Shown: positions 12,360 to 25,105 of the stretch, piece by piece
How positions within the stretch are numbered: position 1 is the first letter of the stretch
Layout of the letters: the number at the start of each line of letters is the position of its first letter
Origin: Paragordius varius
Lineage: Eukaryota; Animalia; Nematomorpha
Assembly (NCBI GenBank): GCA_964247055.1
Contig: OZ176050.1
Coordinates: forward strand, 2,604,001-2,668,000
DNA: 64,000 bases
Direction: 5' to 3'
Notes under the pieces: model-generated
The model's input: only the letters and a program-made list of their open reading frames with translations
The model's database searches: none
Told to the model about the DNA's origin: nothing
Translations under genes and position numbers: made by a program

Positions 12360-13571
12360 ATGAGTTAATTTGTCTTGCCATAAACCTTTAAACCAATGTA
12401 GTACTTGTTTAGTACCATTTATCATGGATGAAAAAGATCCAAATCTTGCAACTTTCAATTTTCAACCACAAAATTCTCCATCACCTTTTCAGTTTAATAC
12501 AACGAATACACCCCATCCTTACTCAACCGCCGCCTATTTGTCCCCAATTAGCAATTATCAAAACGTAATTAGTACAGCTAACAATGAATCTTCTCCTAAA
12601 ACAATTGAAGAGACCAGCTCTGACACAGAGAATCTTGTAGATTTTAAAGTTGAAGCAGTAAATGAAAAGGATATTATATCCCAGGAAGACGATACACAAA
12701 ATAATTCGCAAAATGATGCTAATATTAATTATAACGATACAAAATCACCAGATACTGATAAAGCTGCCTTAATTAATGATACATATAAAAATGATTTCTA
12801 CAACACTGCTGGAATCAGGAAATGGCAAGAAATAATAGCCTATTTTACCATACAAACACTATTAAGCATATGTTTAGACAATTAAATAAATGTCTTAATA
12901 AGTCTACAAATAATTTACCAAATAAAGATCCATACGAAGAAACGGAAGATAATCAATCAGTTAGGGGAGAAAAGAAAGACAAAACGCCAGAAATGTATGG
13001 ACCAAATGACAGTTTTTATATATCCCGTTCGTTTGAGCTTTGGCAAAAGACAAAGCCTAACCCCTGTATATTACAAGGACCAGCCATAAGTACACAACAG
13101 AGAAAAAGTAAATAGACGTCCCTTCATTTTGAGGAGAATTTAAGCCAAGAAGCCGAAATTTGCAAACAGTTGGAGGAATATTCGCGACAAGTTTCGCAAA
13201 ACTTGGAGTCCATATATGTGATGTATAAAAATGAACGGTATAGAGAACGTCAATTTGAAAAAAAATAGTCCAAAAATTAGTGAAAAAATATACAGACCTT
13301 GAAGTAGAATCTCTAACTGATCTTGTGGTGGGACCCAATAAAAAAGGTTTCTAATATACATTATTTCATCAATATTGCTTTCATCTCTAAAGAATTAAAT
13401 CATTGATCATTCATAGTAAAACATAAGCTGTTACAGAAAGTAAAAATAATTAAATTTTTAAACATGCTTTTGTCCCTTAAAAGTTTTCATGTAAATATGG
13501 TTAATTTTTAAAATAAAATTTAGAAATGCCGCTTAACAAATTATTTTAAAAATTATGATAAGAATGAATAA
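12360..13571 (+). pseudogene. Orphan gene family member, disrupted copy, unit 3
   Basis: Copy of 1167-2378 at +11193, with the same lesions. Confidence 0.75.
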
Positions 13572-13755
13572 AAGGTATAATTCTCTATGGACGTCTTATT
13601 ATTAATAATTCTTAAGCTTAATAAACATTTCTGTTTCCTTTTTAGAACGAAAGCAATCCAAGACCGCTGATACAAACACAAGAATGAAAGTAAAGGGCAA
13701 AGGGAAAAAGTCATTTCAAAAGAAGAAACGAAGCAAGTCGTTGCAAAGCGCAAAC

Positions 13756-14253
13756 TATTAAGTGTATCGTCTTCATGGAATATCACATCCTTTCCATTTA
13801 CGGCTTCAGTTTTAAAATCTACAAGATTCTCTATGTCAGCGCTGGTGTCTTCAATTGTTTTAGGAGAAGATGCATTGTTAACTGTACTAATTACGTTTTG
13901 ATAATTGCTAATTGGGGACAAATAGGCGGCGGGTGAGTATGGTTGGGGTGTATTCGTTGTATTTAGTTGAAAAGGTGATGGAAAATTTTGTGGTTGAAAA
14001 TTGAAAGTTGCAAGATTTGGATCTTCATCCATCATGAATGGTACTAAACAGGTACTGCATTGGTTAAAAGATTTATGGCAAGTTTGACAAATTATAAACT
14101 CGTTATTGATCAGTGTATGCGTGTACTATTTATTGAAATATTAAAAAACACAACTTTATGTAATTGAAGGATATTTTTCTATGACGATAATTTTGATTGT
14201 TAATACCAATCTTAAACATGACGTATTTACCAACAATATAACGTCAATTTCTT
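13756..14253 (-). repeat. Inverted arm, unit 3
   Basis: Copy of 2563-3060 at +11193; minus ORF 13553-14035. Confidence 0.9.
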
Positions 14254-17230
14254 GTATATAAAATATGATAAATTAATATTAATATAAATATTGATCAATA
14301 ACCTCGGAATTTTGATTTACGTGGTTCGATATTCGAATATTAATTGAACAAATTATTTTTCAATGTACTTAAATATGTAGGCAAAATAAATAAAAATTAT
14401 AGAGCCATAGAAATGTTTATTATCGTATTCTATAAATAAAGTGTATTTAATATTTTAGGGTTTGACTGTCGTTTTTACTATGCTCCGTAATACCATACTT
14501 TATTAATATTTTATTCAACATTAAATTCTGTTAATAAGTATGCATAATTTTAAAACAATTATTTTGATGATATCATAAGGGGTGGCCAACCTTTTTTTCC
14601 CGCGGGCACGTATAAATATTAAGTAATAAAAGATTTATTTATCACAACATATATATATATATATATCCCTATTTACGTATTGGGGTGACTAACACAGGTC
14701 ATTACAAAATTAATTCTACAAAAAATAATTATTTTTGGGGAGTTATTTTTATATAGAATCTTAATTTTATCAAAATATATAATAATGATTAAGAAGATCT
14801 CTGGTTACCATAATCAGTGTATAAATACTAAAACTTTTACATTCAATTTATTAAATTTACAATGTATAATTAACTGTACATCTTGCAACGGATTTCGGAT
14901 GATTGAAATAAAAAATGGATCTGTAGCTCTTGGCCAAGAATATAATTTACCAGATTTTATGGATCTCTGCATACCTGGTTTAAAATAATGGACATATGCT
15001 TCAAGTTAGCAGTCAAATCGAAAAGAGTGTCACGCCGCAGTTTTAAGTTTAGTTACAAGAAATTGGTGTAGACATACTAATTGATACAGATGAAAGATGG
15101 TTAAGTCAGGCTCAATTTTTAGAATTTTTACTAAAACTATATATAACAGACGAAAGATTATTATATCCACAATTAAAAGATCTTAAATCGCTTCTTGATA
15201 ATGCTTTTTGATGTAATATTTCAGAAAAATTGCACACTACAGATCAATTGAAAAACAGTGATTTAAAATTTAATTGACGTAATCTGAAATGTTGCTTTTA
15301 TAAATATATCGATAATATAATTAATCATTTTGAGAAAAGATTTTTGTCAATACATAAGCTCAAATACTGTTACATGCGGATTTTCATTGATATTGTCATT
15401 ATATTCGGAAAAGATCAAAAGAATAATTGTGTCCGTGGCATCACGACGCATTAAAACTAAGCCAACAACTTTGGAAAATAATACCACGGGGATAATAAGT
15501 AATCAAATTGATGCAAATACGGAATATTTCCCTAAAAGTAATGATTATACGCCATTTAACGAAATAATTAATAAGCGAATTCCTCGGTTTACATATAGCC
15601 CATTAATTACAATGTTATCTACATTGATACCGGTTCCCAACTCTAATGTACGAAACCGGATTTTTATTTACCCAGAAAATAGTACAACAAATACTGGACA
15701 ATCTAAACTTCGACAAAACAAAATCAAATCCAATGATTAATTATCAAATGTAAATCGAGCATTGGTACTTAAGGACACACCTGTTAAAACGCATTACATA
15801 AACATAACGAATCACAATATTAGAAATATTAGAGTGGATTTACACAGGATAAAGGTGGGCCCTGATTCGAATGTGACAGAACAAAAATTAGTGGCTAAAG
15901 ATACATTTGTATCAATCAGTCCTCAAACAAATGCATCATTGTTAAATAAAGCCAATATTATGTACACCACTCCATTGGCATATAATACGCGCAAAAAATT
16001 ATACTTTTTCCCGCGTAAATTAAAAAATGGTCAGAAAAATTTCACGAGTCTACCAAAATTCACAGATTACAAAAACTTTAGTTTTGCAACTATGTACAAA
16101 AAGATGGATAAGTATTCTCTTTTCAAACATATATTTGGTTACAAATCCAATCAAGCAACACCCCTAACTAATATTCTATAATAGTAATAATAATAATATG
16201 AAAAACACATTGCATTCAAAGGTTAATAATACTCAATCGAAAAAATACTGCAATAATTCTGTGCTCTTGCTTTTTAGTGCTGCTTTTATTATTGTATCAT
16301 TATAAATATATTGTATAGTTAAATCACAATATTGACATTGATGTCGGTCAATTTACATGATTTTTGGCCAATCGGCAATACACTATCATATGCGTTAAAA
16401 GAACAAACGATTGAAATTACAATTTTTTCCTATCTCACACCAATAAATTTTATTTAATTATGGACAAAGTTTGTTTTAGTCTACTGTATTACTAATTGGC
16501 CAACTATAATGTGATTTGACCAACATAAATGTGCATGATATAATAAATATTATTTGTGTTTAAAACTCAATTTTAATCAACCTGATTATTAGTATAAATT
16601 GTGAGAGAGTAAAAAGATACTATGCTCAATGAAAATAATATTAGTATTACACTGCTTCCGAAATCGGAGAATGTGAAAAATATCCTGAAATATGTATATT
16701 CTGATAGGAAAAAGTATTTGGATTTATCATGGTGCTTTTGGCTTTGGGCCTTACAAGTGATATAAGTAAGTTATTACCACTTTTATACAAACTGCTCCAT
16801 ATGAGAAAATGGCGGAATTTGCGCGCATTTTGATAAATAAAATTATTTTGGTAAAAGCTAAATGCTTAATTTAAAAAAATATCATTAAATTATGTTATAA
16901 ACTACATACAAAAAGCAAAACAATATTTTAAATTTTATATCTTATGTGCGAACCTAATTTTTTTAGCCCTTCTAATATGGCCTAGTACTCTTTAAATAAA
17001 CGCAAAAATGCTGAGCTCAATAAAATTTTAAATATATGCTAAATATTAACATAAAAAAAAGTTTTTTTCCGTAAAAATGGATATTTTGGTTAAAAATTTA
17101 ATATATAGCAAAATTGTTTCAAAGCTTACTTCATCCTATTTGGCGTGATAGAAACGGTATAAAAACAGTTTAAGATATATTATTTGCACTTCAAGAGTGT
17201 CCTTGAACTTCAAGTTAATCCTTGAACTTT

Positions 17231-17774
17231 TCATGTTGGTTCAGAAAATGATCTTTTTTCCGAAGTATCATTAGTTAAAAAATATATTAATAATGAAAAA
17301 CTTAAATTATGGACAACAGAAAAAAAATACAGTAGAAAAGAAATGGCTAGAAATATTTCATCATTTTGAAACAAACTAAGTTCCATACAAAAACATTTTA
17401 AAAATTGTGGAAGTTGCACTATCTTTACCTGGAACCAACGCTGCTACTGAACGCGTTTTTTTCCACAGTAATTCAGGTGTGGACATCGGAAAAATCAAAA
17501 TGTGCAAACTTTAAAGGCCATTTTATCTGTTTGACAAATTCTTGCGAAGACTGCTGCAATATTTTAAAAAATAATGACAATCTGCTAAACGCATTCACTC
17601 AAATAAAAAATATACCAAAGAATAAAATGTTTTTTATATTTATAATGTATTTGTCTTAAAAATATAAGTATTACAATAAATTTTTTGTATAAAAATTTTT
17701 GGTTGTGACCCCCCCCATTCCCCCCTTTTCTCAAATTTGTCCCGCTTTTTCCTTCATAAAATCTGGTCACCCTA
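17231..17774 (+). mobile_element. 3' fragment of Blackjack-type hAT, older unit
   Basis: Same fragment, ending in tctggtcacccta (reverse complement of TAGGGTGACCAGA, the Blackjack-type terminus). Confidence 0.85.
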
Positions 17775-17954
17775 AGTATATATATATATATATTAATATT
17801 ATTTTAGAAATTGATGTTTTATTGTTAGTAAATACGTCATGTTTAAGATTGGTATTAACAATCAAAACTATCGGCATATAAAAATATCCTTCAATTACAT
17901 AATGTTGTGTTTTTCAATATTTCAATAAATAGTACACGCATACACTGATCAATA

Positions 17955-18833
17955 ATGAGTTTTATAATTTGTCAAACTTGCCATAAACCCTTTAACCAAT
18001 GCAGTACCTGTTTAGTACCATTTATGATGAATGAAGATCCAAATCTTGCAACTTTCAATTTTCAACCACAAAATGCTCCATCACCTTTTCAACTAAATAC
18101 AACGACACCCCAACCATACTCACCCGCCGCCTATTTATCCCCAACTAGCAACTATCAAAACGCAATTAGTACAATTAACAATGCATCTTCTCCTAAAACA
18201 ATTGATGACACTAGCGCTGATATAGAGAACCTTGGTGATTTTAAAGCTGAAGCAGTAAATGAACAGGATATCATATCCCAGGAAGACGATACACAAAATA
18301 ATTCGCAAAATGATGCTAATATTAATTATAACGATACAAAATCACCAGATACTGATAAAACCGCCTTAACTGATGATACAAGTAAAAATAATTTCTACAC
18401 TGCTGAAATCAGGAAATGGCAAGAGTTAATAGCCTATTTTACCATACAAACATTAATTAGCATATTATTAGACAATTGTGTACAATGTCGAAATAATAAG
18501 TCTACAAAGAATTTACTCAATAAAGATCCATACGAAATTGAAACGGAAGATAATCAATCAGTTAGGGGAGAAAAGAAAGACAAACCGCCACAAATGTATG
18601 GACCAAATGACAGTTTTTATATATACAGACCTAAGCCGTTTGAGCTTTGGCAAAAGACAAAGCCTGGCCCCTGTATATTACAAGGAACCGCCATAACTAC
18701 ACAACAGAGAAAAAGTAAGTTGACGTCCCTTCATTTTGAGGAGATTCTACGCCAAGAATCCGAAATTTGCAAACAGCTAGAGGAATATTCGCGACAAGTT
18801 TTGCAAAGCTTGGAATCCATATATAATCTTTAA
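17955..18833 (+). CDS. Hypothetical protein, 292 aa (CxxC-x6-CxxC N-terminus, N/S/T/D-rich linker, predicted helical C-terminus); probably a prematurely terminated first exon
   Basis: Uninterrupted 292-codon ORF in very AT-rich DNA, conserved with the paralog at 23082. It starts MSFIICQTCHKPFNQCSTC. The stop arises from a 2-nt shortening relative to the unit-1 copy. Confidence 0.7.
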   Translation: MSFIICQTCHKPFNQCSTCLVPFMMNEDPNLATFNFQPQNAPSPFQLNTTTPQPYSPAAYLSPTSNYQNAISTINNASSPKTIDDTSADIENLGDFKAEAVNEQDIISQEDDTQNNSQNDANINYNDTKSPDTDKTALTDDTSKNNFYTAEIRKWQELIAYFTIQTLISILLDNCVQCRNNKSTKNLLNKDPYEIETEDNQSVRGEKKDKPPQMYGPNDSFYIYRPKPFELWQKTKPGPCILQGTAITTQQRKSKLTSLHFEEILRQESEICKQLEEYSRQVLQSLESIYNL

Positions 18834-19372
18834 AAATGAACGGTGTAGAGAACGCCAATTTGAAAAAAATATAGTTCAAAAATTAGTGAAAAAATAAACG
18901 GGGCTCGAAGTAGAATCTCTAACTGATCTTGTGGTGAAACCGAATAAAAAAGGTTTCATACATATAATATACATTGTATCATCAAAATAGTTTTCATCTA
19001 TAAAGAATTAAATCATAGATCATTCATAGTAAAACATAAGCTGTTATAGAAAGTAAAAATAATTAAATTTTTAAACATGCTTTTGTCCCTTAATAATTTT
19101 CATGTATATATGGTTAATTTTTAAAATAAAATTTCGAAATGCCGCTTAACAAATTATTTTAAAAATTATGATAAGAATGAATAAAAGGTATAATTTTCTA
19201 TAGACGTCTTATTATTAATAATTCTTAAGCTTAATAAACATTTCTGTTTCCTTTTTGAACGAAAGCAATCCAAGACCGCTGATGCAAATGTTAAACACAA
19301 GAATGAAAGTAAAGGGCAAAGGGAAAAGGTCATTTCAAAAGAAGAAACGACGCAAGTCGTTGCAAAGCGCAA

Positions 19373-19872
19373 ACTATTATGTGTATCGTTTTCATGGAAT
19401 AACACATCCTTTCCATTTACGGCTTCAGTTTTAGAATCTAAAAGATTCTCTATGTCAGCGCTGGTGTCTTCAATTGTTTTAGGAGAAGATGCATTGTTAA
19501 CTGTACTAATTACGTTTTGATAGTTGCTAGTTGGGGAAAAATTGGCGGTGGTTGGGTAAGGATGGGGTGTATTCGTTGTATTTAGTTGAAAAGGTGATGG
19601 AGAATTTTGTGGTTGAAAATTGAAAGTTGCAAGATTTGGATCTTGGTCCATCATGAATGGTACTAAACAGGTACTGCATTGGTTAAAAGGTTAATGACAA
19701 GTTTGACAAATTATAAAACTCATTATTGATTATTGTGTGAGTTTACAATTTATTGAAATATTGAAAAACACAACATTATGTAATTGAAGGATATTTTTAT
19801 ATGACGATAATTTTGATTGTTAATACCAATCTTAAACGGGACGTATTTAACCATCAATAAACGTCAATTTCT
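19373..19872 (-). pseudogene. Inverted arm of orphan gene, older unit
   Basis: Minus ATG at 19723 is followed by an early TAA (CQTCH*). The ORF resumes at MMDQDP (19166-19654). Confidence 0.8.
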
Positions 19873-20199
19873 TGTATATCAAATATGATAAATTTATGTT
19901 AATATAAATATTGATCAATAACCTCTAAATTGTGATTTACGTGGTTTGATAGTTTTCGAATTTTAATTGAACAAATTATTTTTCAATGTACTTAAATATG
20001 TAGGCAAAATAAATAAAAATTATAGAGCCATAGAAATGTTCTTTATCGTATTCTATAAATATAGTGTATTTAATATTTAAGGTTTAACTATCGTTTTTAC
20101 TAGGCTCCGAAATACCATAGTTTATTAATATTTTATTCAATATTAAATTCTGTTAATAAGTATGCATATTTTTAAAACAATTATTTTGATGATATGTAC

Positions 20200-21588
20200 C
20201 AGGGGTGGCCAACCATTTTTTTCCCGGGGGCAACTTTTTTGGGAGAAAATCTCCAGCGGGCACATATAAATACAAAGTAATAAAAAGATTCATTTATCAT
20301 ATATATATATATATATATATCCCTATTTACGGATTGGGGTGACTAGAACAGGTCATTGCCAAATAAATATTACAAAAAATATTTTTGGGCAGTTATTTTT
20401 ATATAGAATCTTAATTATATCAAAATATATAATAATAATTAAGAAGATATCTGGTTACTTCAATCAGTGTACAAATAGTAAAACATTTATATTCAAATAT
20501 TAATTTATAATGAATAATTAACTGTACATCTAACGGATTTCAGTTGAAGTAAAATATATATTTGTAGCTCTTGACAAGTTCTTTAAAATTTACGAGATTT
20601 TATGGATCACTGCATACCAGGTTTAAAATAATGGAAATATGCTTCAAGATAGTGGTCAAATCGAAAAGAGTGTCGCGCCGCAAATTTTCGGTTTAGTTAA
20701 AAGGAATTGGTGTTGACATAGTTAACTAATTAATACAGATAGAAGATGGTTAAGTCGTGTTGCATTTTTAGAAAGATTAGGAAAATTTTTTTACAACTAT
20801 ATATATTTAACAGACGAAAGATTATTATTTCCACAATTAAAAGATCTAGAATCGCTTCTTGATCTTGCTTTTTGATGCAATCCCTCAAAAAAATTGTACA
20901 TTGCAAATCAATTGAGAAACAGTGATATAAAACATTTTTCTAATTTGACGTAATCTGAAATGTTGCTTTTAAAAATGTCAATGATATTTCCTTTTCTAAT
21001 TGAGATTTTTGTCAATACATACACTCAACATTTCTATGTTTTATTACCGTATGTTGGATTTAAAACTAAAATTCTCTACCATTTTCTTAAAGCTAAATTT
21101 CCAGATTTGGATGTCGAATAAAAACTAATCAGAGATCGTTAGAATTTGGAATGTGATTGAAAATTATCCTGATGTCATATGACTAAATGTGGAACACTCG
21201 ATGTTTCTATAAAAAATATTTAAGAAGAAGATTGAGTATACCAAAATTCAGAAAATTTTTCAAAATTAGATTCATATAAAGTCAGTGGAATTCTAGGCAA
21301 GATTCCAAATGTTTATCAGTTAATCTCTGTTCAATCATATAAGAAAAAGCCCTGCACATAAATATGTGTATCCAAAAAGAATTGAAAAGTGCATCAATTT
21401 GCCAAATATGTGGGTATTCTTTATTTAAGTTAGTTATATATAAATTTGTGTTAACTAGTAATTTTACACAAATTAAAAATAAAAAATTATGTGGAAAAAA
21501 AATTCTATGCAAAAATATTTTTTACATTTTTTCTAAAATTTTCAGATGGTTACGAATTCGACCGCGGTCGACCGTTTTGCCACCCCTG
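20200..21588 (+). mobile_element. Defective Charlie/SPIN-type (GTF2IRD2/ZBED5-like) hAT element
   Basis: caggggtggccaacc ... ttttgccacccctg termini. Flanks atatgtac and tcatatac are a degenerate 8-bp TSD. Degenerate transposase motifs are present. Confidence 0.85.
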
Positions 21589-21879
21589 TCATATACCGTA
21601 TATTAAAGATTCTTATACGTCATACTTTTTAAAACTATTTCGTAAAGGGCCAAAAATTTGAGACTTTCGGACCTGGCCCTTGATTGATATTTGAAATTAT
21701 TTAATAATAACTTTTTAAATATATATATATTATATATATAAATGATATTTAAAATGAAAAGGATATTGTTCTCACAAAAAAATTTCATTTAGCTTTGTGT
21801 GATCAAATTTTTGCCATTTTTTGATTTGGAGTATTTAACATAAAAGTGTAATTTTTTCTTAAATTAATCGTTCCCAAAG

Positions 21880-22148
21880 CAGAAACATAGCTTGCGTTTC
21901 TGGCACCCGGTGCATGAATCCGTGATGGCGCCCCCTACCCCTCCATGCGATCCCTTGCATTTTAAAAAAATTCAAATTCAAATCGTGGTTACGACTACTC
22001 ATAATTGTGTGATTTTTTTGTGTATTATTTAAAATAATAACTTTAACTATTTTTTTGAAATAAAGATAAAATTTTTATAAAATATGGCCCCCTTTCAACT
22101 ATGGCGCCCGGTGTATCAGCCTCCCTTCCCCCTCTAGCTACGCCTCTC
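21880..22148. mobile_element. hAT-type MITE (CAGAGGCGTAGC termini); copies at 27189-27450, 30748-30935 (truncated) and 33351-33622
   Basis: 8-bp TSD tcccaaag (21872-21879) / tcctaaag (22149-22156). The TIR consensus cagaggcgtagc..gctacgcctctg is assembled from the four copies. Confidence 0.8.
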
Positions 22149-23081
22149 TCCTAAAGTCAAAAGTATTATATAAATGCTAGTAAATTATATCAGAATATAT
22201 TATATATATATATATATATATTATTAAGTTTGTTCACAGTGTAATACATTTATAAAAATGTACAACTTAGAAGCAATAACGTATATTATGATACTGATTT
22301 GAAAAGGCATTTGAGATGTCTCCATACGTAAATAATGATTAACACTTCATAAAACCGACCTGTTACAGGAAATCGTAATGTTGGTTGATATTCCACCACT
22401 TTTAAAACCTATTTTGCATAATTATATACTTAACAATTCCTAATCATGGAATCCAAAATAAAACAGTATAAAATTTTTTATACTCATAAACCAGATGACA
22501 AAAAAATGCAAAAATAAAAAACAATATTTTTGGTTATATTCTGATTTAGAAGTTTATTTTATTAATAAAATATGATTGTTAAGATTTTAATAGTGAGTTT
22601 AGGTTAATTAAAAAAAATCATTTTAATATGGTTTCATTAAACTTTTTGTCTTTTAAGCGTGGTAAAAGAAAAACGCCATTTTTTGGTCTGAAATTATATA
22701 GAAACCCTAACTATATGATTTTAGGCTATATTGAATATATCTCCTAAAATGATAATAAACGATAATATTTCAGTTTTTATCATTATTTGTTGAATTATCA
22801 TATTTCAAAAACCAGGTTGTCAACAAATAAATTTTTTGCGGCAAATGAATACGCTGGTCATAAGCTATCTCATGAAAAAAAATTTTCGAAAATGAACCTC
22901 TTTTTTGCACACAGATATATAAATATTAATATTATTTTAGTAAATTTATTGTTAGTAAATACGTCATGTTAGAGATTGGTTTTAACAATCAAAATTATCG
23001 GCATATAAAAATATCCTTCAATCACATAATGTTGTGTTTTTCAATATTTCAATAAATAGTAAACGCAGATATTGGTCAATA

Positions 23082-23963
23082 ATGAGTTTTATAATTTGTC
23101 AAACTTGTCAAAAACATTTAAACCAATGTAGTACATGTTTAGTACCATTTATGATGGATGAAGATCCGAATCTTGCAACTTTCAATTTTCAACCACAAAA
23201 TTCTCCATCACCTTTTCAGTTTAATACAACGAATACACCCCATCCTTACTCAACCGCCGCCTATTTGTCCCCAACTAGCAACTATCAAAACGTAATTAGT
23301 ACAGTTAACAATGCATCTTCTCCTAAAACAATTGAAGACACCAGCTCTGACACAGAGAATCTTGTAGATTTTAAAGCTGAAGCAGTAAATGAAAAGCATA
23401 TTATATCCCAGGAAGACGATACACAAAATAATTCGCAAAATGATGCTAATATTAATTATAACGATACAAAATCACCAGATACTGATAAAACCGCCTTAAT
23501 TGACGATACAAGTAAAAATATTTTCTACAATACTGCTGAAATCAGAAAATGGCAAGAGATAATAGCCTATTTTACCATACAAACATTAATTAGCATATTA
23601 TTAGACAATTGTGTACAATGTCGAAATAATAAGTCTACAAAGAATTTACTCAATAAAGATCCATACGAAATTGAAACGGAAGATAATCAATCAGTTAGGG
23701 GAGAAAAGAAGGACAAACCGCTACAAATGTATGGACCAAATGACAGTTTTTATATCTACAGACCTAATCCGTTTGAGCTTTGGAAAAAGACAAAACCTGG
23801 CCCCTGTATATTACAAGGAACCGCCATAACTACACAACAGAGAAAAAGTAAATTGACGTCCCTTCATTTTGAGGAGATTTTACGCCAAGAATCCGAAATT
23901 TGCAAACAAGAGGAATATTCGCGACAAGTTTCGCAAAACCTAGAGTCCATATATAATCTTTAA
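23082..23963 (+). CDS. Hypothetical protein, ~293 aa, paralog of 17955-18833
   Basis: ORF 23034-23963; the homologous ATG is at 23082. Indels relative to the 17955 copy preserve frame. The downstream exon region is partly deleted near 24015. Confidence 0.7.
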   Translation: MSFIICQTCQKHLNQCSTCLVPFMMDEDPNLATFNFQPQNSPSPFQFNTTNTPHPYSTAAYLSPTSNYQNVISTVNNASSPKTIEDTSSDTENLVDFKAEAVNEKHIISQEDDTQNNSQNDANINYNDTKSPDTDKTALIDDTSKNIFYNTAEIRKWQEIIAYFTIQTLISILLDNCVQCRNNKSTKNLLNKDPYEIETEDNQSVRGEKKDKPLQMYGPNDSFYIYRPNPFELWKKTKPGPCILQGTAITTQQRKSKLTSLHFEEILRQESEICKQEEYSRQVSQNLESIYNL

Positions 23964-24299
23964 AAATGAACGGTGTAGAGAACGCCAATTTGAAAAAAAT
24001 ATAGTTCAAAAATTACAGAAGTTTTCATGTAAATATGGTTAATTTTTAAAATAAATTTCGAAATGCCGCTTAACAAATTATTTATAAAAATTATGATAAG
24101 AATGAATAAAAGGTATAATTTTCTATGGACGTTTATTATTAAAAATTTTTTAGCTTAATAAACATTTCGGTTTCCTTTTTAGAACGAAAGCAATCCAAGA
24201 CCGCTTATGGAAATGTTAAACACAAGAATGAAAGTAAAGGGCAAAGGGAAAAAGTCATTTCAAAAGAAGAAACGACGCAAGTTGTTGCAAAGCGCAAAC

Positions 24300-24795
24300 T
24301 ATAATGTGTATCGTTTTCATGGAATAACACATCCTTTCAATTTACGGCTTCAGTTTTAGAATCTACAAGATTCTCTATGTCAGCGCTGGTGTCTTCAATT
24401 GTTTTAGGAGAAGATGCATTGTTAACTGTACTAATTACGTTTTGACAATTGCTAGTTGGGGACAAATTGGCGGTGGTTGAGTAAGGATGGGGTGTATTCG
24501 TTGGATTTAGTTGAAAAGCTGATGGAGAATTTTGTGGTTGAAAATTGAAAGTTGCAAGATTTGATCTTCATCCATCATAAATGGTACTAAACAGGTACTG
24601 CATTGGTTAAAAGGTTTATGACAAGTTTGACAAATTATAAAACTCATTATTGATCAATGTCTGCGTGTAATATTTATTGAAATATTGAAAAACACAACAT
24701 GTAATTGTAAGATATTTTTATATGACGATAATTTTGATTGTTAATACCAATCTTAAACATGACGTATTAAACCATCAATAAAACGTCAATTTCTT
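24300..24795 (-). pseudogene. Inverted arm of orphan gene, frameshifted
   Basis: Minus ATG at 24647; a small deletion in the DPNLA codons shifts the frame. Confidence 0.78.
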
Positions 24796-25105
24796 ATATA
24801 TAAAATATGGTAAATTAATATTAATATAAATATTTAGTAATAACCTCGGAATTTTGATTGTGGTTTGTTTTTCGAATTTTAATTGAACAAATTATTTTTC
24901 AATGTACTGGCAAAATAAATAAAAATTATAGAGCCATAGAAATGTTCTTTATCGTATTATATAAATAAAGTGTATTTAATATTTTAGGGTTTAACTATCG
25001 TTTTTACTAGGCTCCGAAATACCATAGTTTATCAATATTTTATTCAATATTAAATTCTGTTAATAAGTATGCATATTTTAAAATAATTATTTTGATTATA
25101 TATAC

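Larger units (their letters stand above)
1..16176. repeat. Young tandem array of three near-identical ~5.6-kb units (starts at 1, 5594, 11194; periods 5593 and 5600 bp); may extend upstream of the window
   Basis: cattgctacaccttagaaaatggcgg recurs at 1, 5594 and 11194. The whole ORF set repeats at +5593 and +11193. I spotted only a few SNPs and one 7-bp indel. Unit 3 switches to a diverged paralogous sequence at ~16176. Confidence 0.97.
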
